A stretch of 64,000 nucleotides of DNA from Octopus bimaculoides. Its lineage: Eukaryota. A program made the translations under genes and the position numbers. The stretch spans positions 12,765,909-12,829,908 of the forward strand of contig NC_069007.1 of the NCBI RefSeq assembly GCF_001194135.2, written 5' to 3'. The notes beneath the pieces are model-generated. The model was not told where the DNA came from, ran no database searches, and saw only the letters and a program-made list of their open reading frames with translations. Of this stretch, positions 52,907-61,033 are shown piece after piece; position 1 is the stretch's first letter; every line of letters starts with the position of its first letter.

Positions 52907-53708
52907 GTTTAACGTCCTCCTTCCATCCTGGTATGGGTTGGATGGTTTGACCAAAACTGGCCAGGCAGAGAACTGCATCAGAATTGTGTGTTTGTTTTGG
53001 CACGGATTTTATAGGTGGATGCCTTTCCTAACACCAATCACCAGCAGAGTGGACTCAGTGCATTTTACATGGCACCAGCAAGATCCGTTTTGGCATGGTT
53101 TTTACAGCTGGATGCCTGTCCTAACACCAACCACTTTACAAGGTGGACTGGATGTTTTTTTACATGGCACCAGGATCACTGAGTAACTCATAAGCAAAAG
53201 ATCCTTTGAGAGGGGTGGAGCATTGAAGGAAGGGGCATTGAGTCAATGGGTATGAATATGTAGAACTGTATAAAAAATACGAAGCCTTCCAACAGTCATA
53301 TAAACACAAGCAACAGTTAATGCATTCTGGGTAGCAGAGCATTGTGGGTCACTGCTGGTGCATGTTATTCCAATTCAAAACCTGAAAGTTGAGGAAGGTG
53401 TTTAGTCAATTACATCGAACCTCAGTGTGTGACTGGTATGTTATTTTATCAACCTCGAAAGGGTGAAAGGCAAAATTGATGAGTAATGTCAGACAAGGAA
53501 AACTGCTTGTATGGATGTTATGTTCATGAAGGATGCAAATTGGGTGAAGAATTATTGCATGATCCAACCTGACTTTAAAAAAAAAAAAAACTGGTTCCGA
53601 AGACAGACAGAAATCAAAATAAATACTAACATCATGTTTCTTGCATATTTCCCACGACTGGTTTTCGCTGATCACATGAACATGTGGACAATTGGATGAC
53701 TGGCGCAT
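1887..53708 (-). CDS. USP20: USP20/USP33-family ubiquitin carboxyl-terminal hydrolase; spliced CDS of 20 visible exons, 3' end beyond window start
   Basis: Hand-spliced join(53708-53631,44783-44664,40787-40690,36596-36469,35230-35161,33710-33597,30998-30920,29981-29231,27061-26973,24845-24685,22189-22085,18513-18468,13851-13740,12559-12494,11808-11682,10109-10046,[gap]-7064,3160-3079,2830-2722,1989-1887). Phases are consistent at every visible junction. Contains zf-UBP, Cys box GNSCYMNA, His box GGHYTAY..WYEFDD and two DUSP domains. About 870 aa visible. USP20 and USP33 cannot be distinguished; invertebrates typically have one co-ortholog. Confidence 0.96.
2171..2540 (+). mobile_element. Mariner-derived remnant (TIR plus N-terminal transposase fragment)
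   Basis: TA|CAAGGTGGTATCAAAAAG TIR-like end; [19 protein letters not shown] resembles the mariner F.SGR.SLEDx.RSGRP motif. Confidence 0.6.
2722..2830 (-). CDS. USP20: USP20 exon 19 ([36 protein letters not shown])
   Basis: catttcag acceptor, gtaaat donor, 109 nt. Confidence 0.94.
3079..3160 (-). CDS. USP20: USP20 exon 18 ([26 protein letters not shown])
   Basis: atttgtag acceptor, gtatgt donor, 82 nt. Confidence 0.93.
3552..3785 (+). mobile_element. tRNA-derived SINE with a Penelope-like tail carrying a degenerate hammerhead motif (3691-3736)
   Basis: A box TAGCGTAGTGG, B box GTTCAATTCC, then gacac CTGATGA aaactg..tagcc GAAACGTT gtggt. Confidence 0.6.
6364..6584 (+). mobile_element. piggyBac-type MITE family (other copies 13933-14150; split copies 16364-16938 and 50285-50874)
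   Basis: CCCTTTAGCA...TGCTAAAGGG ends, mostly TTAA-flanked, with a shared internal sequence across four copies. Confidence 0.7.
7064..7149 (-). CDS. USP20: USP20 exon 17, DUSP1, 5' end hidden in N gap ([28 protein letters not shown])
   Basis: [12 protein letters not shown].xFLCSHG motif; donor G|gtcagt. About 20 nt are expected inside gap 7150-7527. Confidence 0.93.
7559..7828. mobile_element. Fold-back / MITE-like element with ~120-bp arms, next to (TA)n
   Basis: The two arms are near-perfect reverse complements; the + and - ORF translations across it are nearly the same peptide. Confidence 0.8.
9544..9660 (-). ncRNA. Type I hammerhead ribozyme (intronic, sense to USP20)
   Basis: Minus strand: aaattc-ca-ttatgcag CTGAGGA gtac[extended stem II]gtac GAAA c-gtac-g TA^ctgc-t-ataa-cctatt-gaattt. 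All core nucleotides are present, with a GUA triplet; predicted cut between 9565 and 9564. Confidence 0.75.
10046..10109 (-). CDS. USP20: USP20 exon 16 ([21 protein letters not shown])
   Basis: ttcaaccag acceptor, gtaagt donor, 64 nt; phases 2/0. Confidence 0.9.
10993..11208 (+). mobile_element. Mariner-type MITE
   Basis: TIRs GGGGTGTTGAAAAGTTCCT / AGGAACTTTTCACACCCC after TA; second copy at 59011-59227. Confidence 0.75.
11682..11808 (-). CDS. USP20: USP20 exon 15, His box ([41 protein letters not shown])
   Basis: ctctgccag acceptor, gtgagt donor, 127 nt; catalytic His and Asp. Confidence 0.97.
12130..12340. repeat. 40-bp minisatellite, ~5-6 units
   Basis: Unit ATGGAGAGATGGACAGGTGAGTGGAAAAACAAACAGGCAG; register visible at 12211, 12251 and 12291. 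Confidence 0.85.
12494..12559 (-). CDS. USP20: USP20 exon 14 ([22 protein letters not shown])
   Basis: ctttccag acceptor, gtaaga donor, 66 nt. Confidence 0.95.
13740..13851 (-). CDS. USP20: USP20 exon 13 ([37 protein letters not shown])
   Basis: ttcctcag acceptor, gtaagt donor, 112 nt. Confidence 0.96.
14666..16270 (+). mobile_element. Probable Helitron/Helentron-derived non-autonomous element spanning a gap
   Basis: Starts ACTAGCAGTATAGCCCGGCTTTGCCCGGG (CTAG plus GC hairpin), ends with a (CA)n tract and TTTTATAGATAT; interior mostly N. Confidence 0.45.
18468..18513 (-). CDS. USP20: USP20 exon 12 ([15 protein letters not shown])
   Basis: tatctcag acceptor, gtatgc donor, 46 nt. Confidence 0.93.
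19130..19390. repeat. Compound (GT)n/(GA)n microsatellite, one of dozens of (TA)n, (CA)n, (ATT)n and (CAT)n tracts
   Basis: Seen directly in the sequence. Confidence 0.9.
21380..22040 (-). repeat. Head-to-tail array of 3 SINE B copies
   Basis: TTCTGCCAGCTC heads near 21580, 21790 and 22020. Confidence 0.8.
22085..22189 (-). CDS. USP20: USP20 exon 11 ([34 protein letters not shown])
   Basis: tttatcag acceptor, gtatgt donor, 105 nt. Confidence 0.96.
22280..22570 (+). pseudogene. Decayed RTE LINE RT C-terminal fragment
   Basis: [24 protein letters not shown] resembles the RTE W/YxGHVxR..QGxVxG motif. Confidence 0.5.
24190..24640. mobile_element. Composite of SINE units related to 3552-4030, with outer inverted tails and an internal ~185-bp tandem duplication
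   Basis: 24195-24277 is roughly the reverse complement of 24567-24640. Units at ~24270-24432 and ~24455-24612 are direct repeats. Hammerhead-like core CTGAAGA-agctg/cagct-GAAA on minus at 24248-24291. Confidence 0.55.
24685..24845 (-). CDS. USP20: USP20 exon 10 ([25 protein letters not shown]...[18 protein letters not shown])
   Basis: ttctcag acceptor, gtaagt donor, 161 nt; [11 protein letters not shown] motif. Confidence 0.95.
26973..27061 (-). CDS. USP20: USP20 exon 9 ([29 protein letters not shown])
   Basis: ctttccag acceptor, gtaagt donor, 89 nt. Confidence 0.95.
27880..28740 (+). pseudogene. Penelope-like element remnant (RT plus GIY-YIG C-terminus)
   Basis: [46 protein letters not shown]; later [18 protein letters not shown]; stops and deletions. 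Confidence 0.85.
29231..29981 (-). CDS. USP20: USP20 exon 8 ([20 protein letters not shown] plus a long Ser/Thr/acidic insertion)
   Basis: tttgaaag acceptor, gtaagt donor, 751 nt open; contains the 248-aa ORF 29208-29954. Confidence 0.95.
30340..30598. mobile_element. Older hAT MITE
   Basis: CAGGTGTTCT / AGAACAACTG ends; 8-bp flanks GTTTAGCC / GTCTAGCC (7/8 match). Related truncated copy at ~5445-5741. Confidence 0.7.
30920..30998 (-). CDS. USP20: USP20 exon 7 ([26 protein letters not shown])
   Basis: gttgcag acceptor, gttagt donor, 79 nt; continues into DTQEFLRC. Confidence 0.95.
33597..33710 (-). CDS. USP20: USP20 exon 6 ([38 protein letters not shown])
   Basis: ttctccag acceptor, gtaggt donor, 114 nt. 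Confidence 0.95.
35161..35230 (-). CDS. USP20: USP20 exon 5, catalytic Cys box ([23 protein letters not shown])
   Basis: ctcttatcag acceptor, gtaag donor, 70 nt; canonical USP Cys box. Confidence 0.97.
35270..35790 (-). pseudogene. Tc1/mariner transposase remnant, DD37D (maT-like)
   Basis: [35 protein letters not shown], with 37 residues between the 2nd and 3rd catalytic Asp. An internal stop lies upstream. Confidence 0.85.
36469..36596 (-). CDS. USP20: USP20 exon 4, acidic linker (ILDRPYQML...[15 protein letters not shown])
   Basis: ttcag acceptor, gtaact donor, 128 nt; phases 2/1 fit both neighbours; ESDxDDD..KPRG matches the family. Confidence 0.9.
36665..37205 (+). mobile_element. ~540-bp interspersed repeat with (TAA)n tail (LINE 3' end-like); inverted copy at 47410-47952, partial copy at ~17310-17470
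   Basis: TGATGCAGTACCAGGCAGTGGC...GTGTCACTTTGATGGCATGCA matches the reverse complement of 47410-47952. Confidence 0.8.
38963..39198 (+). mobile_element. tRNA-derived SINE 'B' inserted in SINE A with an 18-bp TSD
   Basis: GGTGAGCTGGCAGAA..GAGTTCGAATTCCGCC..GCCTTTCATCCTTTCGGGGTCGATAAATTAAGTACCAG; TSD AGAAACTGAAAGAAGCCA at 38945-38962 and 39199-39216. Confidence 0.9.
40148..40266. repeat. Imperfect ~120-bp hairpin; diverged partial extra arm at ~40439-40492
   Basis: tcttaaacaagaataatgttgacagtgac...cagttaagccat / atggcttaactg...gtcactatcaacattattcttgtttaaga. Confidence 0.8.
40690..40787 (-). CDS. USP20: USP20 exon 3, zf-UBP ([32 protein letters not shown])
   Basis: atttag acceptor, gtaagt donor, 98 nt; LTxNLTT.R.WCY.CE.EV motif. 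Confidence 0.95.
41151..41388 (+). mobile_element. SINE B inserted at the same site of another SINE A copy
   Basis: Flanked by AGAAACTGAAAG on both sides (12-bp TSD). Confidence 0.88.
42839..43020 (+). mobile_element. Young RTE-type 3' tail element with (GAT)n tail; near-identical copies at 5163-5352(-), 26209-26500(-), 48341-48492(+), 49521-49682(+), and many older copies
   Basis: ...AACCCATGCTAGCATGGAAAGCGGACGTTAAACGATGATGAT end shared almost exactly among the copies. Confidence 0.8.
43077..43445 (-). mobile_element. Tigger/pogo-like remnant
   Basis: [38 protein letters not shown] resembles a CENP-B/Tigger N-terminal HTH; TA|CAGCATACCTC TIR-like end; runs into a gap. Confidence 0.6.
44664..44783 (-). 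CDS. USP20: USP20 exon 2, zf-UBP ([40 protein letters not shown])
   Basis: ctttcag acceptor, gtaag donor, 120 nt; NLWxCL..C.YxGCGES..DHS motif. Confidence 0.95.
46622..46839. mobile_element. piggyBac-type MITE
   Basis: TTAA on both sides; TIR CCCTTTTGATAC / GTAACAAAAGGG. Confidence 0.8.
47960..49460 (+). repeat. Head-to-tail array of ~6 diverged SINE B copies separated by (ATT)n
   Basis: Recurring GCTGGCAGAA heads and CTTTCATCCTTT cores about every 200-350 bp. Confidence 0.8.
53631..53708 (-). CDS. USP20: USP20 coding exon 1 ([26 protein letters not shown]); exon extends to an acceptor at 53732
   Basis: CPHV matches the zf-UBP start CPHL. Acceptor tttctcttgtag, donor GAT|gttagt, 78 nt, phase 0. 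Confidence 0.85.
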
Positions 53709-53879
53709 TATAGCTGGCTTCGTTTGGACACTCTACAAGAGAAAGAAAAAGCGAATAAAAATTAACGAGCATCTATATTAATCATAAAGAATTTTTTGGT
53801 TTGTTACTTTTTAAAACATTAAAACACACACAATAAAGTAAATAAATAAGTAGCAATGTTCATCATCATCATCATCATC

Positions 53880-54900
53880 AAGGCATTTTGTCCATCTTAC
53901 CAAGGTGGTCTTTGCCTTTCATCCTTTCAAGGGTCAACAAAATAAGTACCAGTTGAGCACTGGGGTCTATGTAATTGACTTACACCTGCCCTAAAAATTG
54001 CTGGCCTTGTGCCAAAATTTGAAATCATTATCATTACTATTATTATTAAGCCAGTGAGCTGGCCGAATTGTTAGCACGCTAGATGAAATACTTAGCAGTA
54101 CTTTGCCAGTTGTTATGTTCTGAGTTCAAATTCCACCAAGGTTGACTTTGCCATTCATCCTTTTGGGGGTCAATAAATTAAGTACCAGTTACGCACTGAG
54201 GTTGGTGTAATCGACTAGTTCCCTCCCACCAAATCTGAGGCCTTGTGCCTCCAGTAGAAAGGATTATTATTATTATTAAAGTGGTAAGCTGGCAGAATCA
54301 TTAGCATGCCAGGCAAAATGCTTTATGACACTTCATCCGTCTTCACGTTCCGAGTTCAAATTCTGCCAAGGTTGACCTTACCTTTCATCATTTCAGGGGT
54401 CGATAAATTAAGTACCAGTGAAACACTGGGATCAATGTAATAGACTAGTCTCCTTCCCCAAAATTTCAGGCCTTGTGCCTTTAGTAGAAAGCTGGCAGAA
54501 TTGTTAGCATGCTGGGCGAAATGCTTAGTATTTCGCCCATCACTACATTCCAAGTTCAAATACCACTCAGGGTCGATAAATTAAGTACCAGTTGAATACT
54601 GGGATCAATGTAATCGACTCATCACTTCCCCCAAAATGGCTACCCTTGTTGCAAAATTTGAAACCATTATTATTATTATTATTATTGTTATTATTACTGA
54701 GGTAGTGAGCTAGCAGAATTGTTAGAACACTGAGAAAAATGCTTAGCAGCATTTTGTCCATCTTTACATTCTGAGTTCAAATGCTGCCAAGGTGGACTTT
54801 GCCTTTCATCCCTTTGGGGTCAATAAAATTAGTACCAATGAAGCACTGGGGTCAATACAATTGACTTACCCAAACCCCTAAAGTTGCCAGCCTTATGCCA
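53880..54900 (+). repeat. Head-to-tail array of ~5 SINE B copies
   Basis: Heads near 54050, 54280, 54490 and 54700, plus a partial unit at 53880. Confidence 0.8.
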
Positions 54901-55095
54901 AAATTCCTAACTGATATTCATCATCTTTTAATGCCTGTTTTTCCATGTTGGAATGGGCTGGATGGTTCAACAGAAGCTGACAAGCCAGAGAACTGCACCA
55001 AGCTCCATTATCAGCTTTGGCATGGTTCTTTTTATGGCTGGATGCCGTTCCTAATGCCGACCACTTTGCAGAATGTACTGGATGCTTTTTAAATA

Positions 55096-55281
55096 TGGTA
55101 ATTCCTTGACTATCGCAGGTGTTACATTCCAAAACCCACCATGACAGGTGAAAATCCGCAAAGTAGAAACAGTATTATCATTTTCATAATTTGTATATAT
55201 TTTATTATAAATGCAAGACAACACCACGGAGGAATTGACGTAAGCTTAAATAATAAACCACAATATGGCGAGGGATTACTG
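55096..55281. mobile_element. Tigger-like MITE
   Basis: TA-flanked degenerate TIRs (GTAATTCCTTG..ATCGC / GCGAGGGATTACTG). Confidence 0.65.
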
Positions 55282-55770
55282 TAGCACCAACAACAGTGAG
55301 GGCACACCACAAGGTAACTCAAAAGATGGGACCCCTTAACTGAGAGGGGGAAGTAATATTGAGGAAAGTGGCTTTATACTAGGTGATGAAAGGTTAAAGT
55401 AGGATAGAGGGTCTGAAACAGATGTCCCCCACTACTGCTTGACAACCAGGGATGGTTTGTTTATGTCTCTGTAACTGAGCAGTTTGGCAAGGGAGACCAA
55501 TAGAATAAGTACCAGATTCATTCAACTAAAACATTTTTCAAGGCAGTGCCCCAGTATGGCCGCAGTCTAACAACTGAAACAAATAAGAGATGTTAAGCAT
55601 GAAACCTGGAGCACAAGTGAGCTGCGTGAGAGGGGATGGTCACTAAAGACATTTGCTTGTGTAAGAAAGTTGGTATAGTCTATTGGATGTGTAATGTTAT
55701 CCAGAATGCAAAGTTGCAGCAGAAGTGAGCTTTGAGGTTGATGGCTGGGTGCTGAAGACGTTGGCTAAAG

Positions 55771-56029
55771 CAGTGGTTCCCAAACATTTTCGAGCTGCCG
55801 TTCTTGACACCCAGTCCCCACCCCAACTAACCATCACAAACATAGACCTCTTTCTGAAGCAAATTCAAAACAACTGTATTTAACAAATAAAAACTTAACA
55901 TAATGAACCCATTATTTTGTTGTTTTTACATGAATCGCTACCCTGTTATTGCCCCACTTTTCTTCAACGTCCCCTTGGACCTTTCCACTGCACCCAGGGG
56001 GGCAATACCACCCACTTTGGGAACCACTG
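55771..56029. mobile_element. hAT (Charlie-like) MITE
   Basis: 14-bp TIR CAGTGGTTCCCAAA / TTTGGGAACCACTG with a perfect 8-bp TSD GGCTAAAG. Confidence 0.92.
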
Positions 56030-56529
56030 GGCTAAAGTATGCTGGAGAGATGACTATTGGAACAGCTGTTTGGAAGTGGTAAAATAAAGAGTACTGAGTG
56101 AGAAAGAAGGGATACACTGAGTAATGCTCAACACATGCAAACAGATGAGATGGTCATGGTTGGACCACTTTTGATTATGGGTTAGCTCAACCGGGGATGA
56201 ACTACAACTAAAACAAGTTCTGAATTATTTCTTTGTTGTAATCATGTTACCCACAATCACTGTCACATGACTTGGAAGTAATTTAAAATTAACAATTAAT
56301 AAACTGAGTCAATGAGGGAGCTTGTATGTGGTTGCTTGAATTGCTAGAAATAGCACCCAAATAAACTTCATGAAATAAACAAGGCTGAAATGCTTGATCA
56401 GGTTCACATGGGCAGAACATAAATTAAAATAATACATTTGCAGGAAGGTCCAAGCGTCCTATTGTTTTGCAGGCCTGAAAATAACAACCAAGATTTACCC
56501 AAAGTGACTGAGAAGATTCAGTAGAAAAG

Positions 56530-56780
56530 AATGAGAATTGCTGGTCATTGCATCGGTCACCCAGAAGAACCTGTGTCAGTGTCAATTGGTCTTATGACAG
56601 TTAGTTGAGAGAAGAATCAACAGGGGAAGAAAGCATCAAACCTATGTGGACAACTTGTTTTAAGGACAGTGGAATGGCAAATGTTGAGAAATTAAGAAAA
56701 TACATGGAGGACCGTGGTGGATGGTGTGCTTGTATGAAATCACTGAAGCATTTGGGAAGATGGCCAAACTAAAACTGAAC
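56530..56780 (+). pseudogene. Decayed RTE/RTEX LINE 3' end
   Basis: RMRIAGHCIGHPEEPVS..NRGRKHQTYVDNL..MEDRGGW followed by a short CTAAAACTGAACTGAA tail. Confidence 0.55.
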
Positions 56781-57856
56781 TGAAAGCACTTACATGTTTA
56801 ACCCTTTCTCTTGAAAAACACTACCTCTACTTCAGTTAATTTTGAAACTAAAGAATTTGGTATATTAACTTTGTCATTATTAAGCCTATGTTTGGAATAT
56901 AAATGGACATGAAATTTTGATGGAAGGTTTTAGTTTTGGTCACTTTAAAATGATGGGCTGGTTATCAAAGGAGTTCGATATATTCAAGTAGTTGTTTACC
57001 TCTTGGTCAGTCTTGATCAAAAACACTTATGATGAAAAGTATTCCAGCCATGACAATCCTGTCTTTTTAAAGCTAGCTACGAATAAATATTATACAATGT
57101 CCTTCCCTGCTATTTATAAGGGATATTTAACTTATTCCTAATAGGTTGATTGAAAGCATTCCCACCATTTTTCGTTCCATTTCCCACCTCCTGGCAATTT
57201 TTCAAAACTAAATTTACCCCACCCACTCTCCTTACTTTGCTCAATATGACCTTGCACTTTTATCAAGCTAAAACAACAAACAAAGAGGAAATTTTTAAAT
57301 AACTGTTTTTCAACATTATTCTTTTAATTACAAATAACAATAAAAACAGTCACATCACAATGTTATTACACCTAATAATGACCTAATGAATAGATACCAG
57401 AACCAAACACATTCTTCTAAATTAGACTGAATTAACAACAGTAATTATGAATTACACAATACAAATTGTTAAATTCTAAGTGAAACAATGACCAGATTTG
57501 GTATTCTTTCACAAAACAGGATTACTTCATATTTTCTCAACATCAAATTTTGAAGAATTATAACCAGAAAAAAAAAAAAAGTACAAATTCAGAACCAGCA
57601 AAATTACCTAATGAGAAGGTAAAATTCATCTTAATTTCAGAGCCCTAGACGTAGAGGCCTCCCTCTGTGGATCAATTTGGCTTGAGTGTTGGACCAGAGA
57701 AATGTACATCATCTTCATCAACATTTAAAGTCCATTGTCCATGCTGGCATGAATTGGATGGTTTGACCAGGGCTGGCAAGCTGANNNNNNNNNNAATGCC
57801 AACCACTACGTGAGTGTAATGGGTGCTTTTACGTGCCGCTGGCACGGGTGCTGGTT

Positions 57857-58061
57857 CATTTCTACTTTAGGCACAAGGCCCGAAATTTTGGGGAAGGGGG
57901 CCAGTCAATTAGATCGACCCCAGTACGCAACTGGTACTTAATTTATCAACCCCGAAAGGATGAAAGGCAAAGTCAACCTCGGCGGAATTTGAACTCAGAA
58001 CATAAAGACAGACGAAATACTGCTAAGTATTTCGCCCGGCGTGCTAACGTTTCTGCCAGCT
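57857..58061 (-). mobile_element. SINE B with a 14-bp TSD, inserted in an RTE-tail element
   Basis: CACGGGTGCTGGTT at 57843-57856 and 58062-58075. Confidence 0.88.
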
Positions 58062-59010
58062 CACGGGTGCTGGTTGCGTGACACCAGTATCCATCATGAC
58101 TGATTTCACTTGGCTTGGTGGGTCTTGTACTCAAGCAAGGCATGTTACTAAAAGGTCTGTCATTTGTGGTTGCCTCCATGAGGCCCAACACTCAAAAGTG
58201 GTTTTTACATGCCACCAGCACAAGTGCCAGTTGTGCAACACTGGCATCAGTCATATTGCCTCCGTGAGGCCCAACACTGTCACCAGCACAGGTGCTACTT
58301 GCACGACACCAGCATCAGCCACATTGTTTCCATGAGGCCCAACACTCAATAGGTGGTTTTTATGTGCCACCAGCATTGGTCATGACAAAGATTTCACTTG
58401 GCTTGACAGGTCTTCTCAAGCATGGCATCTCACTAGTCATTGCCTCCACAAGGCCCAACATTCAGAGATCATGTTTCATCATCTCATCCCGTGTCTTCCT
58501 GGGCCTACCACTTCCACAGGTACCCTCCACATAGTTATGAAGCAAGTTTCTTAAACACACAGCCAAGATGCAGATGTGGTTACATGGTTAAGAAGACTGC
58601 TTCCCAGTTATGAGGTGTTCAGTACAGTCCCACTGCACAGCAACTTGGGCAGGGGGTCTTCTACAGCCCCAGGCTGACCAAAGTCATGTGAGTGGATTTT
58701 GTAGATGGAAACTTCCATGAAAAATATTACCTTGCTTGTAAACAGGTGAGGATTGGCATTAGGAAGGGCATCTGGCTGTAGCAAATCTGCATCACCAAAT
58801 TCTATCTGACCCATGCAAGCATGGCAGACAGCATGTTAAATAATGAAGATGATAGCTCTTAAGCAATTTAACAGCCAATTAGCACAACCCAGGAACTGAA
58901 TATGGTGTCAGACAAAGAATGCCTGAAATAACACACAACAACCAATGGAAGAGTTTGTATGTATGTGTTTGTATGTATGTATGTATGTATATTACACACA
59001 TGTATATGTA

Positions 59011-59227
59011 AGAGAAGGTGCTGAAAAGTTTCTGATTTTAAGGGTATTGTGACAGGCCTGGTTTGAGGCCCAACCTTCCAAGTTCTTTTACAGGGCTGAG
59101 AAAAACTGAAGGGCTGCTGCAATAACTGTATGAATCTGAAAGGGGAATATGTTGAATAAAATCATAATTAACTGATCTTCCTGCATTTTCTTTTACCCAA
59201 AGCCAGGAAGTTTTCAGCCCCACCTCA
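59011..59227 (-). mobile_element. Second copy of the mariner-type MITE, opposite orientation
   Basis: Reverse-complement homolog of 10993-11208 (shared translation [30 protein letters not shown]). Confidence 0.75.
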
Positions 59228-59440
59228 TCCGTGTGTGTGTGGGGGGGGGTGTAGGCACAGGCATGGGTGTGTAGGCACAGGCATGGGTGTGTAGGCACAG
59301 GCATGGCTGTGTGGTAAGAAGCTTGCTTCCCAGCCACATGGTTCCTGGTTCAGTCCCACTGTGTGGCACCTTGTGTCTGTATCAACCAAAGACTTGTGAG
59401 TGGATTTAGTAGATGGGAACTGAAAGAAGCCTGTCATATA

Positions 59441-60090
59441 TTGGGTCATCCCATAAATAATGCAGTTTTTTCAATTGCAAGAACTAAAAGTCAGAGAGAG
59501 ATGGGATAAACTACCTGCATCAACTTGCTATAAAAGCAGGTAGTAATTTTGCCTTGGACTTTGATTATAACTGTTGAGGAACTAGCAGAGACTTGGATTT
59601 GGTCATTCAACCATCGACACCTGCGTGTCATTGGAAAAGTCAGCAAATTGGGTCAATGGGTTCCTCACAAACTTTCTGAGTCTAATCACATGCAGGGAGT
59701 GAATGTGTGCTCTTCTTTGCTGTCATGTCACATGAATGAATCGTTTCGGGGCTGAATAGTGTCTGGTGATGAGAAATGGGTTCTCTATAGAAAAACATCA
59801 AGCACCGAAGACAGTGGGTAGGGGCAGGAGAAACACTGGCATCCCGGGCGAAAGAAGGTCTTCACCCATTTAGGGTGTTGTTATCTGTTTGGTGGGATAT
59901 GAAAGGTTTAGTCCACTTTGAACTTTTAAGCCCAAAGCAAACAATAAAGATCTACTACAAGCAGCTTGATTGGCTTAAGTGGGCACTAAAAGAAAAACGA
60001 CCATGTTTGGTTTCAAGACGAAAGATGTTCTTCCATCAGGATAATGCTCAGCCACACACAGTGAGGATGACATTCCAAAGACTGGAATAG
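59441..60090 (+). pseudogene. Mariner transposase remnant nested in a SINE
   Basis: TA|TTGGGTCATCCCATAAATAATGC TIR; WVPHKL, GDEKW, VWWD and FHQDNAQPH motifs with stops and frameshifts; SINE halves on both sides. Confidence 0.85.
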
Positions 60091-60340
60091 TCAATACATT
60101 TGACTAAAAATTCAAGGCAGTGCCCCAACATGGCCACAGTCTAAAGAATGAAACAAGTAAAAGGTAAAAGATATATAGATACACACATATACAAACTTAA
60201 AAAAAAAAAGACAATCAGCAGTACATACCAAATCAAACACAGCAGCTGTCTTCAAGAAGATCAAATGTTAGCTAAAGCTTTTAAAGGCATCTGAAACATT
60301 GGAAAATATAAATAATTATTAGTGACAGAAGCAGTATTAA

Positions 60341-60650
60341 TATCAAAAGGCAATATTTATATCCAACTTAACATGGATGTTGTGTTAGAACACCAAATAC
60401 TGCATTATTTACCGAGAGAGAACCTCTCATACAGACCCTTGGTGCATAAAAGCACTCATGTCTATATCATTGGCAAACGAGAATCATCTGCTGCAGCCGC
60501 TGGAAACTGCAAGTGATTGTCTGTCAATGATAGGAGTGCTTTTATGCACCGCAAGTTTATACAAGAGGTTCTCTCTAAGTAAATAATGCAGCATTTAGTG
60601 ATCTGACAAAGCATTCACATTAAGTTGGACATAAAGGTTGCCTTTCATAA
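60341..60650. mobile_element. Diverged fold-back / MITE with ~140-bp arms
   Basis: aaaggcaa..tccaacttaa..tgcattattta..gagagaacctct..ggtgcataaaagcactc is mirrored on the opposite strand. Confidence 0.7.
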
Positions 60651-60662
60651 ATATATTTATGT

Positions 60663-61033
60663 ATAGGCACAGACGTAGCTGTGTGGTAAGAAGCTTGCTT
60701 TCCAACCACATGTTTCTGGGTTCAGTCCCACTGTATGACACTTTGGACAAGTGTTTTCTACTATAGCCTTGGGCCAACCAAAGCTTTGTGAGTGGATTTG
60801 GTAGACAGAAACTGAGAGAAGCTTGTCATATATATATGTATGTGTTTGTGTGTCTGTGTTTGTTTCCCCACCATCGCTTGACAACTGATGTTGGTGTGTT
60901 CACATCCCCATAACTTAGCAGTTTGGCAGAAGGGTCTGATAAAATAAGCACTAGGCTTACAAAGAATAAGTCCTGGGGTCATTTTGTTCAATTAAAGGCG
61001 GTGCTCCAGCATGGCTGCAGTCAAATGACTGAA
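60663..61033 (+). mobile_element. tRNA-derived SINE 'A' (representative copy; others e.g. 345-512, 25585-25950, 33220-33550, 39795-40125, 50398-50770, 52156-52510, 63640-64000)
   Basis: Head with A-box-like TAGCTGTGTGG and B-box-like GGTTCAGTCCC, internal (TA/TG)n, conserved 3' half ending CTCCAGCATGGC..GACTGAAA. Confidence 0.85.
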
